Assembly: GCA_000002445.1 (NCBI GenBank)
Contig: CP000070.1
Location: forward strand, 1,984,001-2,048,000
Length of the DNA stretch: 64,000 nucleotides
Reading direction: 5' to 3'
Source: Trypanosoma brucei
Taxonomy: Eukaryota
The notes beneath the pieces are model-generated. The model saw nothing but the letters and a program-made list of their open reading frames with translations. It was not told the DNA's origin and searched no databases. Positions 22,944-34,170 of this stretch are shown in pieces. A program made the position numbers and the translations under genes. Each line of letters starts with the position of its first letter. Position 1 is the first letter of the stretch.

Positions 22944-25110
22944 AAAAACAATGTGTTTCGCAGGACGAGGGAAGTCACTTAACTGTGGAAACCGCGGGTA
23001 TATATGTGCGGGAGCCCTAACTCCCAATATATATATATATATATACATGCAAACATATTTATATTAATATGTAAGAAATAGCAGGTGAGAGAAATGAGAG
23101 AGAGAGAGTTATAGCTTACATAATGTTTGTGAATAAGAATGATGATGTTGATGATGCATACACGTGTTAGTTAATGGCGGGCACCGGATGCGTGTTTTTG
23201 TTTCCCTCCGCGGCAACGGTAATGGGGGATGGGGAGGGGGGGAGGAAAGAAAAGAGCAAGAGACGAAGAAAACGATTGGTAAGTTTGTAGGAGAAGGGAA
23301 GGGGGAGCGCGAAAACATTTTGAAAAAATGTATATATATATATATATATAAATTCACTTGCCTTATGCTGAGTCTATATGACGTTGATACTTATACAACC
23401 GCGGCCAAAAAACGGAAAAAAAACACAACAAAAACAGGCAAACAACTGCACCTCATGGTTTCTTTCGTTGTGCATGTGAGAAAATTTGACCTTGTAAAGT
23501 GTGTGCCACACAAAGGATCGGAATACGCGTATGTGAGTGTATATATCCAGCGACTGTGGTCCAAAATTATATGAGGCATTTCTTCTCTCCCTTTCATATC
23601 CCACCTCACATAAGCTGTTTCCACACGCTTCAAGTGAATGTAAACGAAGAAGAACAAATTTCGTGTCTGCATCAGCAAACACACAAACATTCGTGTATCA
23701 ATCGCCCACTTCAAAAATATTTGCGGTACCACTCCCACCTTCTTACCCGTTGTTCTATATAAAATATGTAAACATGTACAAACACACATGCGTATCGATG
23801 TAAACAAATATTTACATATGTTTATATCCATATGTTTATACACTTTGTGACTGAATTTCAAGCAGCCGATTTCGTTATTTTTCACTTTTTCTTCTTCCTT
23901 TTCTTTCTTCTCATAGTTGCACCTTACGCTTCTTCTTCCCTCCATTTTTTCCCCTCCTTTCTACTACATTTATGTATGTATACTTTTATTCTTCCCCCCC
24001 TTTCTCCCTGTGTGTTTTTCTTCACTCGTTCAATAATAAATATTTATGTAACTGAGAAAAAGGGAGGAGAGATGACAAAGAGGGATGAAAACCTGCTATG
24101 TTTTTCTCTTCATTTCCCCTTTAGTTTCTATATAATTTGTGCTGAATAATCTTTCCTTCATGCGGTATATTTCGCTCCATATATGAAAAAAAAAAAGGGA
24201 AACAAATACAATACGACAACAACGTGATTACAAATAAAATCTCAAACGGTTATTTCATAACAGCGTCAGCACGATGGTCAGCCGCAGCGGTAATGCTGAT
24301 CATAAACATTTTTGTGCATGCATGGTCAAACAAAAACACGTACACATGCACACAGACGGCGATTGGTACCAAAAATCACACAGCACCTTCACACAGTCGT
24401 AGACAAATGGAAAAAACAACAACAACAACAACAACAACAAAAAGGACAACGACAACACATCAGCTCAATACATATGTATAGAAATATAAACTAGGATCAC
24501 ATATACAACTGAGGCGGAAAAGTGCAGAAGCATGAAACAAGTTTTTTTTCCCCCCCTCCACACGTTAAATGAACTCCGCGCCATCAACACCGTCGCTGCC
24601 GTTGATGGCCCGTGTCATTCCCGACCTCCCTTCAGTACAGTCGCTGGGGGTGGGCGGGTGAAATGCAACCAAACCATCAAACGTTTTAACAATAATAGTC
24701 ACAATAGTAATAATGGTAATAATAGTAATAATAAATGATGCAAATGCACACCACGTGTATGATACAGGGGGAAAATTAAAGAAAAAATGGGTGGAAAGAG
24801 TAAAGTGTGTCTGCGCGTGCGTATCAACAAGAGAAGGAACGGCTGCGGTGCCACGTTGAAGAGGTCCCCAGGAACATAAGTATCCCGTGTGAACAATTTA
24901 AGGAAAGTAAAAAAAAACACATGGGGGGGGGGGGGAGGAGGAAAAAAAGAGGGAAAATTCATAATGAAAAAACAAACAAACACTTAGCCGAGACAAGAAG
25001 GAGAAAAAAAAAGCAAAAAAAAAGGAAGAAGGGTGACGTACGTGAACCTGAGAGAATCATTGCTCAATTCGTCCTTTTCCTTTCTTCCATTCCACCACCA
25101 CCATACGGCT

Positions 25111-25118
<8 letters not shown>

Positions 25119-25145
<27 letters not shown>

Positions 25146-25175
25146 AATATATAAATATATATAAATATATGTGTG
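25119..25175. repeat. (TA)n / (TATAAA)n compound microsatellite
   Basis: Read directly: atatatatatatatatatatatataaatatataaatatatataaatatat. A similar (TA)8-12 run lies next to many genes at 581-604, 5165-5184, 14517-14535, 21745-21766, 23028-23045, 23331-23350, 27535-27554, 28500-28516, 35975-35998, 42318-42340, 43853-43870 and 53493-53512. Confidence 0.9.
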
Positions 25176-25500
25176 GCCGTAGCATCCCCCACAAGCACAA
25201 GCCAAACCAAATAAAGCAACGCTGAAGAGAACAGAAACTGGAAAGAGTTGATGTACGCTCACGGAACGGGCAAAGCCGCTCCTTTCAACGAACCCACAAC
25301 GTAAAGTCTGCCCTGCAGGCATACGTTCATAAGCTACAGCAGATAAACGAATGCACACAAGGACGCCTATACATACGTATGCATATATGCATATATGCGC
25401 ATGTGTGTTTACTTTGTCACCACTCCCGTACAAGAATGGGGAAATATGTCTCACTGTTAATGCCACAACTCCGGGTTGTTGGAGTCGAATCTCTTCATTG

Positions 25501-27456
25501 CTACCGCCGCGTTGGCCGAAGTCCTTTGGGCTTTGCTATTGTTGTCGCGCACTTTGGGATGTGCCGTTCAGCCGTCATTTGGGCGAACTTCCGCCCGCAG
25601 TGTGGACAGGGCACCCGGTCATCATATTCTGCCGGCAACGGCACCGGTTGTGACAACTGCCTTTGCTGTGTACTTTTGCTACCGGTACTCTGCGCGCCAC
25701 TTTTCCCGCCCGGGGCATCTTCCGGTGTCACCTGCCGCATCGCGCGCATTGCGGCCTGAAACTGTTCATGCTGAATCTTCCACTTAGGTAGTTTGGCTTG
25801 TCCACCCATTTGGGCGGTAGTGTTCTGCTTACCTGCGCCAAAGGTTCCACCGTCGCCTCTGCCGTGTGAGATGTGGGACGATGGTGCAACATCGTGGATC
25901 CCTTCGATACCTTCCAAGCGTTGCCCCTTCATGTCAAACACACGCCGCTTCTTTTGCACTTTCGCACAGGCCGCTTCGTGGCGAGCTAAGATGGAGGAGC
26001 GAAACGTTCTCCCGCATAGGTTACAGGGAAGCAATGGCTCGTTTGCCGGAGGTGGAGGCGCTACTCCGCTCTTGCCTACATCATTGTAACTAATGCCACC
26101 GCCACTACCACCAACCACAACATCGTCCAACGAGGCAGCACCGCCTGCTGAAGCGCCAGCCTGCCGTTGCCCGTAGCCGGATACAGCAGTGTTGTTATTG
26201 TTGCTGTTCCCACTATTCGTACCGGTGGCATGTGGGCGCCCGTGCTTCTTTGAGGTTGTGGGTGCCCCATCACCAGCCTTAACACCTTGCTTCGGAGGTC
26301 GCGAGCCGCCTGTCGTTTCGTTCGTGAGATGTTCTCTATCGCTGAAGTTGTTACGGTTGCCACCACCAACGGGTATATCGTCGAACTGCAGCGCTACACC
26401 ACCTCCTTGTTGCCCTGAACCGGCCCCCTTGGCCAATGCCGTCCGTGATGGAGCCGCAGTTTTCCCCTGTGGTGCAGGAGGTGCTGCTTGACGGATTGCA
26501 CCACCACCGCCGTTATCTTCGTTTTCATGCGGTACACTCACATCATAGTTCCATGCCGGCTTCTGTGACTTCCCTCGCCTCCCCGTTGCTGCTGGCGTGG
26601 GGCTCGGGCGCAATACCCACTCTTCCTCGCCACCTTGTGGTTCATCTATCACTCCACCGCCGCTCTCCTTGTTGTTGCCACGCGGCACCACTTGACGGTT
26701 TGCCCCAAATGCGGTGTCGTGGGTCACAGCTGGTGAGAACATGCGTGTCGCGACGTCATACGCCTCATTGACGCCGTTAAAGGCACCGTTATTGTTGTTG
26801 TTTCCCCTACCCGCGTGGGGACCTGCACCGGCGCCTCGCACTGACTGCGTAGGCTCTCCTCCCATCATCTGTTGCTGTTTCCTCCGTTGTTGCTCTTTAA
26901 ATTGCGCTATGGAGGCCCTTAGGGAGTCCATTGAAATACTACCTCCGAACTCTGGAACCGCTCCTTCAACAAGTGTTGATACCGCGGGTGTGCTAATACT
27001 GGCGGATGAAAAACTATTGGCATGAGGATTATCCACCTGAACCAGTTGGTCAGATAACATGGCCCAAAGTTGTCGTGCCTGATCGGGAGTGATGATCCCC
27101 GCCCGTGTCGCTCGCTTGAAGTCCTCCTCGACGACATTTGCGATTCGGCGGGCGCGGGCGGGTGGGTGGAGGCTCGTCCGCCCTCCAGTGAGTGTGCCGG
27201 GTGCTGAAGGAGGCACTTCTGCAGATTCCCACTGCACAGATGGAGCCACAGGGGGTTGCTTCTGCGTTAATCCTTCAACGCCGTTACTATCCTCCTCGGT
27301 GTGCTGCCGTGAGGCGGAAGGGGAGAAGCGTCTCTGTTCACGAGTAATTCGTTGCTGCCGCTCTTCTCGAATCTTTTTGGCGCGCTCAATCTGTGCGGCA
27401 CGTTTGGCCGCGTAGTCCTGTACAAAATCTGTTGCTGACGACGGCTCGTGGGGCAT
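25501..27456 (-). CDS. C2HC-type zinc finger protein (ZC2HC1/FAM164-like), ~651 aa from the internal ATG, with a long Gly/Asn/Gln/Ala-rich low-complexity central region
   Basis: Two C-terminal C-x2-C-x12-H-x4/5-C fingers: LPCNLCGRTFRSSILARHEAACAKV and VPCPHCGRKFAQMTAERHIPKCA. This is the canonical zf-C2HC (CxxCGRxFxxxxLxxHxxxC) signature. The first 58 codons of the track ORF (MCSRGRG...IYIYII...) come from a (TA)n tract. The start is moved to MPHEPSSATDFVQDYAAKRAAQIERAKKIREE at 27456..27454. Confidence 0.7.
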   Translation of the reverse strand: MPHEPSSATDFVQDYAAKRAAQIERAKKIREERQQRITREQRRFSPSASRQHTEEDSNGVEGLTQKQPPVAPSVQWESAEVPPSAPGTLTGGRTSLHPPARARRIANVVEEDFKRATRAGIITPDQARQLWAMLSDQLVQVDNPHANSFSSASISTPAVSTLVEGAVPEFGGSISMDSLRASIAQFKEQQRRKQQQMMGGEPTQSVRGAGAGPHAGRGNNNNNGAFNGVNEAYDVATRMFSPAVTHDTAFGANRQVVPRGNNKESGGGVIDEPQGGEEEWVLRPSPTPAATGRRGKSQKPAWNYDVSVPHENEDNGGGGAIRQAAPPAPQGKTAAPSRTALAKGAGSGQQGGGVALQFDDIPVGGGNRNNFSDREHLTNETTGGSRPPKQGVKAGDGAPTTSKKHGRPHATGTNSGNSNNNNTAVSGYGQRQAGASAGGAASLDDVVVGGSGGGISYNDVGKSGVAPPPPANEPLLPCNLCGRTFRSSILARHEAACAKVQKKRRVFDMKGQRLEGIEGIHDVAPSSHISHGRGDGGTFGAGKQNTTAQMGGQAKLPKWKIQHEQFQAAMRAMRQVTPEDAPGGKSGAQSTGSKSTQQRQLSQPVPLPAEYDDRVPCPHCGRKFAQMTAERHIPKCATTIAKPKGLRPTRR

Positions 27457-28619
27457 TTTGAAAATGCACTGTCCTCTATACTGCAGTGTATGTTTTTTTT
27501 TTAAATGTACGCTAGAGATGTTGTTGCCCCTAATAATATATATATATATATATGTCTGTATGTGTGTGTTTTGTGTGCGTCTACAGCCCTCTTTCTTACC
27601 CTTAAGTAAACCTCGACCACGACTGCACAAGCACCAGCTACTGCAACTACTACTGCTTTACCCTCAAAGTGTTGTACTTCCCTTGATTTAACTTCCGCCT
27701 CGCCTGGGGCTTTTTCGGTCCCCTTCACTTACTTTTCCGGGTTTCCTCCCTTCCAGTCTCTTCTCTTTTCTTCCCTCTTTTTTTTTTTAATTATTATTAT
27801 TATTTTTTCTTGTGTTACTGTATATGTTATGTGTGGATTGCTACAATTACAGCACTAACCACCGGTGTGTGTTTATGGAAAATTAAGGGGGAAGAGAAAG
27901 TGTAGGAAACAATGGCCGATTCAAAATTCATTTTGCACAAGAACATTGGGGGAGAAAAGCAGCAAGTAGGAATAACAACTGCACTACTGAATACGGCACA
28001 TTATCCTAAATTTTGAGGGAATTACTCCCACAAAAGGAAAACAAAACAAAACAAGTAAACAACATCAGCACAGTGGCAAATTTGAATTACCTTTCGTTAG
28101 AGCCGTCTTGCCCCATTTTTTATAAACCACCCTACTCAAGTTTGCTTTTTTTTTTTTTAATGACTAACACGGATATGTTCAACCCCCTCCTGGCGCGCGC
28201 CAATATTTACGACAGGTACTGCCATAATCATTGCCACCGATTTCATTACTCCTCTTTTGGCATCATCGTTGCTTCAGTTCATGGTGCCGTAAGAGTGTGC
28301 CGTGAAATGAAGAATACATAACCTATTCCAGTCCACACGCCTAAGCAATTCATTTAATATCTTTTTATTTTTTATTTTTTGGCTTGCTGAGCACATATTT
28401 ACACACGCCTTCCCTTTTCCTCTTCCTAACTACTCGACAATGCCGCACCGGTAGGGTTTACCTTCAGGCTCCTTACCTTAACTTAACTTGTTTTATCTTA
28501 TATATATATATATATCATTGTATTCCCCTTCAGTCATTATTTTCCTTTTGTGGCATCCTTCACTCTCAAAACTCCCCTCCCCCCGTTCCAATTCAAGATG
28601 TCAGTTTTTCTTTTCCCTT

Positions 28620-29549
28620 TTACGGAGCGAATATGGGATATTTTGCCATGAGTGGCGCGATGCGTTGGCGCACTTCCTTTGTAATGGCCTCTGGTTTTGT
28701 TGGTACTGCGTATTCGAGGCAGTGGTGTGCGGGGTCGTCAAACTGGTTGGCTGACACGGCCGCAATGAGTTCCACGACGATCAGCTGAACCTTTTCGACA
28801 TTCGCCGCCATGACTTTGCGAACGCTTTCTGCATCGACGTGCGGGGCGTCGCTCCATGCATCCATATCCGTTACGGCGGCCACGACGAGGTACGCCATTT
28901 CTGCTTCCCTCGCCAGTTTTGACTCCGTGGAGGTGGTCATTCCAATAAGGTGACCGTTGAGACTTTTGTTGATGAGTGATTCTGCGCGTGTACTGAACTG
29001 AGGGCCGGACATCGTGACGAGTGTGGCGCCGTTGTGTAGTTTCCATGGCTTGCCACCGCTCACTGCTGTGGTTAACTTCCCCATTGCCTTTGTCAGCGTA
29101 TCATGTGCAAGCTTCCGGAAGTTGGCAGAAAGCGGATAGGCGTAGTCCACGTGGGCCACGATGCCTTCGCCAAAGAAGGTGGTCCTTCGGCCAGTGGTGC
29201 GATCGATGAGCTGATCGACAAGAACCATATCGCCTGGTTGGTACTCTGCATCCAACGATCCCACTGCATTGACGCCAATGAGGTATTTTACGCCCAGCAA
29301 CTTCAGGGCGTAGATGTTGGCTCGATAGTTCACTTCATCGGGCGTGAATTCGTGGCTGTAGCCATGGCGAGGAATAAAGGCGCACAGCACGCCAGAGACG
29401 GTAGCGACCGATATGCTTCCACTTGGCATGCCGTACGGTGTAGGAATGGTGTACTTCTTGACATTTTGCATCGCGTTGAGGTTGTACGTGCCTGACCCTC
29501 CAATAACACCAATGAGCACTGGGGCATCGTGGGGACTCGTGTACATCAT
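28620..29549 (-). CDS. MTAP: S-methyl-5'-thioadenosine phosphorylase (MTAP; purine nucleoside phosphorylase family PNP/MTAP)
   Basis: Collinear with human MTAP along its whole length. GVIGGSGTY matches [38 protein letters not shown] matches [47 protein letters not shown] matches [33 protein letters not shown] matches [46 protein letters not shown] matches [30 protein letters not shown]. Confidence 0.9.
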   Translation of the reverse strand: [309 protein letters not shown]

Positions 29550-30521
29550 GTTAGAGCAGCTTTCAGTCGTGGTTATTTACTTTGTTTCTTGTTGTTTTTA
29601 TTATTTGTACGTTACTTTTATTTCTTAATGTTCCAGTGAAGGGAGAAGCGGGCCATTAGCACTCAAATAACATATAAGTAGTGACCTTTATGTGCGGCAC
29701 CCAGCACCGCCTCGAGGCTGTGCCTCCACGCACACTTTGTTGATGTTGTTAATACTTCACTATTTTTATTCTCTTAATATATTAACTGCCTTTTCCCTTT
29801 TGATTCGCGTTTATATCTGCACTCGCATGTGTCTTAACTCTTTGTTTATTCCTGCGCTTCGTTACCACATCTTATTTTCGCTACTCTTGCTCTTCCTTGC
29901 CGTCGCGGGGAAGCGATGGCTTTGTGTTTCGGCCCTTCTGCTTTCTTCTTTTCACACACACAAAAAGAAAAAGGGCGAAACGTTCCAGTAAAGTGAGTCT
30001 TGCGGAGCGATCGGCAACTTCTCTCGCATGTCTGATCAAAGTCAACCAATGTTTGCTTTTTATTTCAATCCCACGGCACTCTGCAGCAAAATCTCGCTTC
30101 TCATCTGAAAGACTCTTTAACTTCAGTTTCCGGACAATTTCACGCGGGCCGTCAGTTACTGCCAAAGGAGCAAAATCAAAATAAAACAAAGGAAAAGAGG
30201 CGGCGCCACACTAAGAACACGTATATCGTTCTTAACCGTCAGTAGCTACGGAAAAAAAGAGAATGAAAGCAACATGGACGGCGCTAACTGTCAGGTTGGG
30301 AACTGCTGATAGCACATCTTCCAGTGCTCGTGGCATTCTAGTGTCCTACATGCGTTAAAGGCCTCCTTACTTCTTTGACTTCTTTCTTTCCTTCCACGGA
30401 AGCATATAACTCTTCACACCGGGTGCTTTCATGCCGCGCAGTCATTCACGCAGCCATCCATTGTCGGCCGTTTTCATTGCTTCTTTTCCCCCTCCTCCGC
30501 ATTCACAGCAGAGTATTCAGC

Positions 30522-33419
30522 TCACCTCATGAACTGCTTTTTGTAGTCTACAAATGCGGAAAGATTTTCCACCACCTCGGACAGGTTTCCCTCCTCATCA
30601 AAATCCGGGAGGACAACCTTGTAATTCCGCATCATGTCTCGTTGCTGCTGCGACCGCCGCTTACTGTAAGCCTGGAATTGTTGGATGAATAACACCAACG
30701 CCTGCTGAATCCGTAGAGGAAGGTACACCGTTTCATGGTGCTGTTCGTCAAGAAACAAATCCATTATTTGGTTGGCTGCTTCGCATCGGACGCGCCACTC
30801 ACCATCTGCTTTCGTGAAGTTCATCAACCAACGCCGCCGTTCCTCACGGGGACCAGGCGGTGGAGGGCAGTTGATTTCCACCGGTGCCGCGCGACCCGCT
30901 TGCGGATTTAACTTCTCCGCCTGCAGAGCGCCAAGTGCAAAGCGGGCCGCTGCTTCTGTTGCCTCCGTTGTGTGGAGAGAGGCGCATACGCTACAAGCAA
31001 CTCCCACACATGCCTGCCGCTGTTGAGTGCTGGCAGCGGGTTCCCACGCCAGCCGCGTCACGATGTCCACATCCGCTGGCCTGGCACTAAGATGATTCAC
31101 TACCTGAAGCGGACCGCCAGCCTCCGCAGTTTGCTTGCGCTGCAGCGTCCAGAGCATCTGCACCAGCGACTCCAACTGAAGAAGAAGAAGGTACACCCCT
31201 TTTGCCTTCCCTGATGAGGAGTAAGATGATGGTGAATGTGCAGGTGTTATCACCCCCGCTTCTGATGTATCCTCCTGCACTTCTCTGGAAAGGAGTTGTG
31301 CTCGCCTCTCCAGTGCATTGATGATGGCTCTCCAGATGCTCGAGGGCGCGTCTCCAAGATCTTTCCACCCGACCATCAGCAGCAACGTGTTCGCCAGGCC
31401 CCACACGCCTACTTCGTTGGATAGCACCAATCGCTGCAGTTTGGTGATGAGGCTCCCACTCCCTGATGTTCCCGCAGCTGCTCGTAACGCCTGTTCAACA
31501 ACTACATCCTCTTCGTGTTGCTGCTGCACGGCGGCGAAAGTAGTAGTGGCACAATTTCCACCAATACCAGCACTACAACTAGCGTTATTAACGTCGCCCG
31601 CACCAGTTTCATCCGATGTGGTAGTCGGCATCCGTAGTGCGTCACGCATGAGTTTGCCCACCACAAACATGGCGTTGTTGCTGTAAAGCAACTTTGCTGC
31701 CTCATTCTGCCGGAAGGCGACCTCGTCATCCACGTTGGGTTCGTTCAAGCTGCAAATCACGTCTACCACTACATGTAACACGTGCACAGCTGCCTGTACA
31801 CAACGCAGACGGTGCTGTGCTCGCGCAAGGTAATACGTACGAACTCCCTCTGAAAGCGTACACGTTTGCATAAGCAGTGGGACCGTACGACTCCACTCGT
31901 CGTGTGGTGGGTGAGCGTTCAACACGGTGACAACAAGCGGAAGCACGCGAGCAGCATTTACAGATGTGGGCGATGTGTTCATAAGAGTTCCTTGTACGTG
32001 AAGAGAGACTTCACACAACTGATACAACACATTGTGCCTAGTCACACTCAGTATCAACGCGTCCTCTGTTCCACAACTCTCGATCTCTTCCATAACATTC
32101 GCATTGGCACCTGTGCCTCTTGCGCTCGCTAATGCGGTTTTGAGGGAGCAAACTTCAGCTTCTAGCCACGCCTTCGCTTGCTCTGCGTCGAGCGCAGCTG
32201 TGAGAAATGACTGGTGGGGTGCCATGGCTTCTGCAGACAAGAGTAGCGTAGACAGTGCTTCATTCTCTCCACTCAACACGTGCAGCACTTCACTACCAGC
32301 TACGGCAACTGCCGCAAATATCTCTGCTTCACGGCGCCTGTAGTGCTGAATCCACACGAGAGCTTCTTCCTCATTGCTCCCGAAAGAATGACTCAAAGGC
32401 GGTTCAACACTTTGTTGCTGCGGCTGTAGCGCTTCCCATGCCGCGCCAGTGGCTGCCTCAATCACGCACAGCAATGACTTTGCTGCATGAGCTGTCGAAA
32501 AGGCATTGGCTATCTGTTCATTCCCCTCCACGCACACCGCAATAAGCTGAAGAATCTCCTCCAGTGCTCGAAGAAGGCTGAAAGGAGGCATGTTATCCAA
32601 GTCCGCACTCGCTATGATGCTCTTGCAGCTGTTCGCGTCGGCGGCATTGTTATCATTGCCGTCATCATATTCGGCAATGGTGTCTGTACCCGCTCCTCCT
32701 AGACGACGGTTCACAATTGCCGAGTACGACGTGATTCCGCGCCGCCGCGACTCCGTTGCGCTTTCCCACGTATCAATCAGCAGCTTCACAAGCCCTTCAC
32801 AAAAGTTGACCCGTTCATCCTTTGTTTCGAGTGGTGTCGTGAGGTTTGGTTCTCCTCTACCGTTGTTGTTGCTGTTACTTCCCTTTTCATTTCCAGCGCC
32901 CTGTTTCTGCGATAGAGCACATGTGGAGATGGTTGCTCCTGCTAACGTGTCCACCACGACATCGTCGCTGCCGCTCACAATCATGTTTCGCAACGCTCCT
33001 GCAGCTGCTGATTTGATGTGCAGCAGTCCCCGCCTGGTTATGACTTGACGAGCATCAGCGTTCAGTTCTGCTTCTCCCTCCTCTTCAGCTTGTCCTTCTC
33101 CTTCTTGTCGACTGGAGAGCTGCACATGCGGGTTAGCCGGCTCTGCGGCGAGGAGAAGTTCGGCAAGTCGCTGCGGTACACCATGGGAGAGAAGAGTGGC
33201 ATGTGCCTGCGGCTGCAGAGCGAAGGAAATTATATTCATGCAACCCTCCTCCATTTCTTCCCATCGTGCTGCGTAGAGCTTCGCCACGCATGACGGGGCG
33301 GCAGAAATTCCTGCCCCTTCACTGGCTTTATCGGTGTAGTTACTGGCATTGTGCTTGTTTCTTGCATTCGGCGCGGTATGACGTTTAGGTCTGAAACCCC
33401 TTTTTGAGTGTGCGCCCAT
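30522..33419 (-). CDS. Hypothetical protein (965 aa), probably alpha-helical-repeat (ARM/HEAT-like), with a basic N-terminal ~40 aa and acidic and low-complexity inserts
   Basis: Long clean ORF on the polycistron strand. Leu/Ala-rich amphipathic helices recur throughout. No specific catalytic motif is recognised. Confidence 0.6.
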   Translation of the reverse strand: MGAHSKRGFRPKRHTAPNARNKHNASNYTDKASEGAGISAAPSCVAKLYAARWEEMEEGCMNIISFALQPQAHATLLSHGVPQRLAELLLAAEPANPHVQLSSRQEGEGQAEEEGEAELNADARQVITRRGLLHIKSAAAGALRNMIVSGSDDVVVDTLAGATISTCALSQKQGAGNEKGSNSNNNGRGEPNLTTPLETKDERVNFCEGLVKLLIDTWESATESRRRGITSYSAIVNRRLGGAGTDTIAEYDDGNDNNAADANSCKSIIASADLDNMPPFSLLRALEEILQLIAVCVEGNEQIANAFSTAHAAKSLLCVIEAATGAAWEALQPQQQSVEPPLSHSFGSNEEEALVWIQHYRRREAEIFAAVAVAGSEVLHVLSGENEALSTLLLSAEAMAPHQSFLTAALDAEQAKAWLEAEVCSLKTALASARGTGANANVMEEIESCGTEDALILSVTRHNVLYQLCEVSLHVQGTLMNTSPTSVNAARVLPLVVTVLNAHPPHDEWSRTVPLLMQTCTLSEGVRTYYLARAQHRLRCVQAAVHVLHVVVDVICSLNEPNVDDEVAFRQNEAAKLLYSNNAMFVVGKLMRDALRMPTTTSDETGAGDVNNASCSAGIGGNCATTTFAAVQQQHEEDVVVEQALRAAAGTSGSGSLITKLQRLVLSNEVGVWGLANTLLLMVGWKDLGDAPSSIWRAIINALERRAQLLSREVQEDTSEAGVITPAHSPSSYSSSGKAKGVYLLLLQLESLVQMLWTLQRKQTAEAGGPLQVVNHLSARPADVDIVTRLAWEPAASTQQRQACVGVACSVCASLHTTEATEAAARFALGALQAEKLNPQAGRAAPVEINCPPPPGPREERRRWLMNFTKADGEWRVRCEAANQIMDLFLDEQHHETVYLPLRIQQALVLFIQQFQAYSKRRSQQQRDMMRNYKVVLPDFDEEGNLSEVVENLSAFVDYKKQFMR

Positions 33420-34148
33420 TGGTTTCCTTCGTTGTTATCGTCGTCGCTTTTCCCGCAACGTCCTCTGTGTTGAGCGGCTGTACCATGCCGTGCAAGAATG
33501 ATCAAATGTGAGAACCATGCGTCACGATGGCATGGCGGAGGGAAGAAAAAGCGGGATAATTAATTTATTCAAGTATGTGAGAAGGGGGGGGGGGAGGGAG
33601 GGTATCATGCGCATTTATGTTGTTCAGATGCATGTGCATATTTATGCAAGGTAGGCAATGCTGAGAATAGCGTAAAGCGTTTAGTGAATGAAACAATTGA
33701 ACCTCATATCATGCATTGGATGTAGAAACAAGAGAACAATTTATCTCTTTCGTGTTAAAAACGAAAAACAAAACAACAACAACAACAAAATAACTCCACT
33801 CTTTCACCCCCTCTTCCACCATGGCAAATTCATATCTCATCATTCCCTCTTCAGTCCCGGAGATATTCACCATTCAATCACTTTCATAATTGCCTTCTTT
33901 TTTTTTTTCTACTGGAGGACGACGGGGGCTGAAGTAAAAGGTGAAGCGCCACCAACAATGAAGAAGAAACGACACGTACAGGAAAACAAACAAATATATT
34001 TTTACGTGAGTGTATTTGTTTCTTTTTTTTTTTTTGCATATTTATATGTGAAATTAACGTTCAGTGGGGTGAGGTCAGTGAGCCAGGACTCTACTGCAAT
34101 TTGCAGTCCAAACAAACAAAATAAATAAACTGAGAGAAGGGGAGATAA

Positions 34149-34170
34149 GGGGTTAGGGTTAGGGTTGGGG
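34149..34170. repeat. Interstitial telomere-type repeat GGGGTTAGGGTTAGGGTTGGGG (about three TTAGGG units)
   Basis: Read directly at 34149-34170. TTAGGG is the trypanosomatid telomere unit. It lies in the 1.8-kb spacer between the 30522-33419 and 35218-35718 genes. Confidence 0.8.

Noticed and set aside
23391-23945. 184-aa minus-strand ORF in the 23049-25500 spacer
   Set aside because: Composition is dominated by AT-rich codons (K, N, I, F, Y). It has no domain, and it overlaps several equally long ORFs in other frames. It is consistent with a chance ORF in AT-rich DNA.
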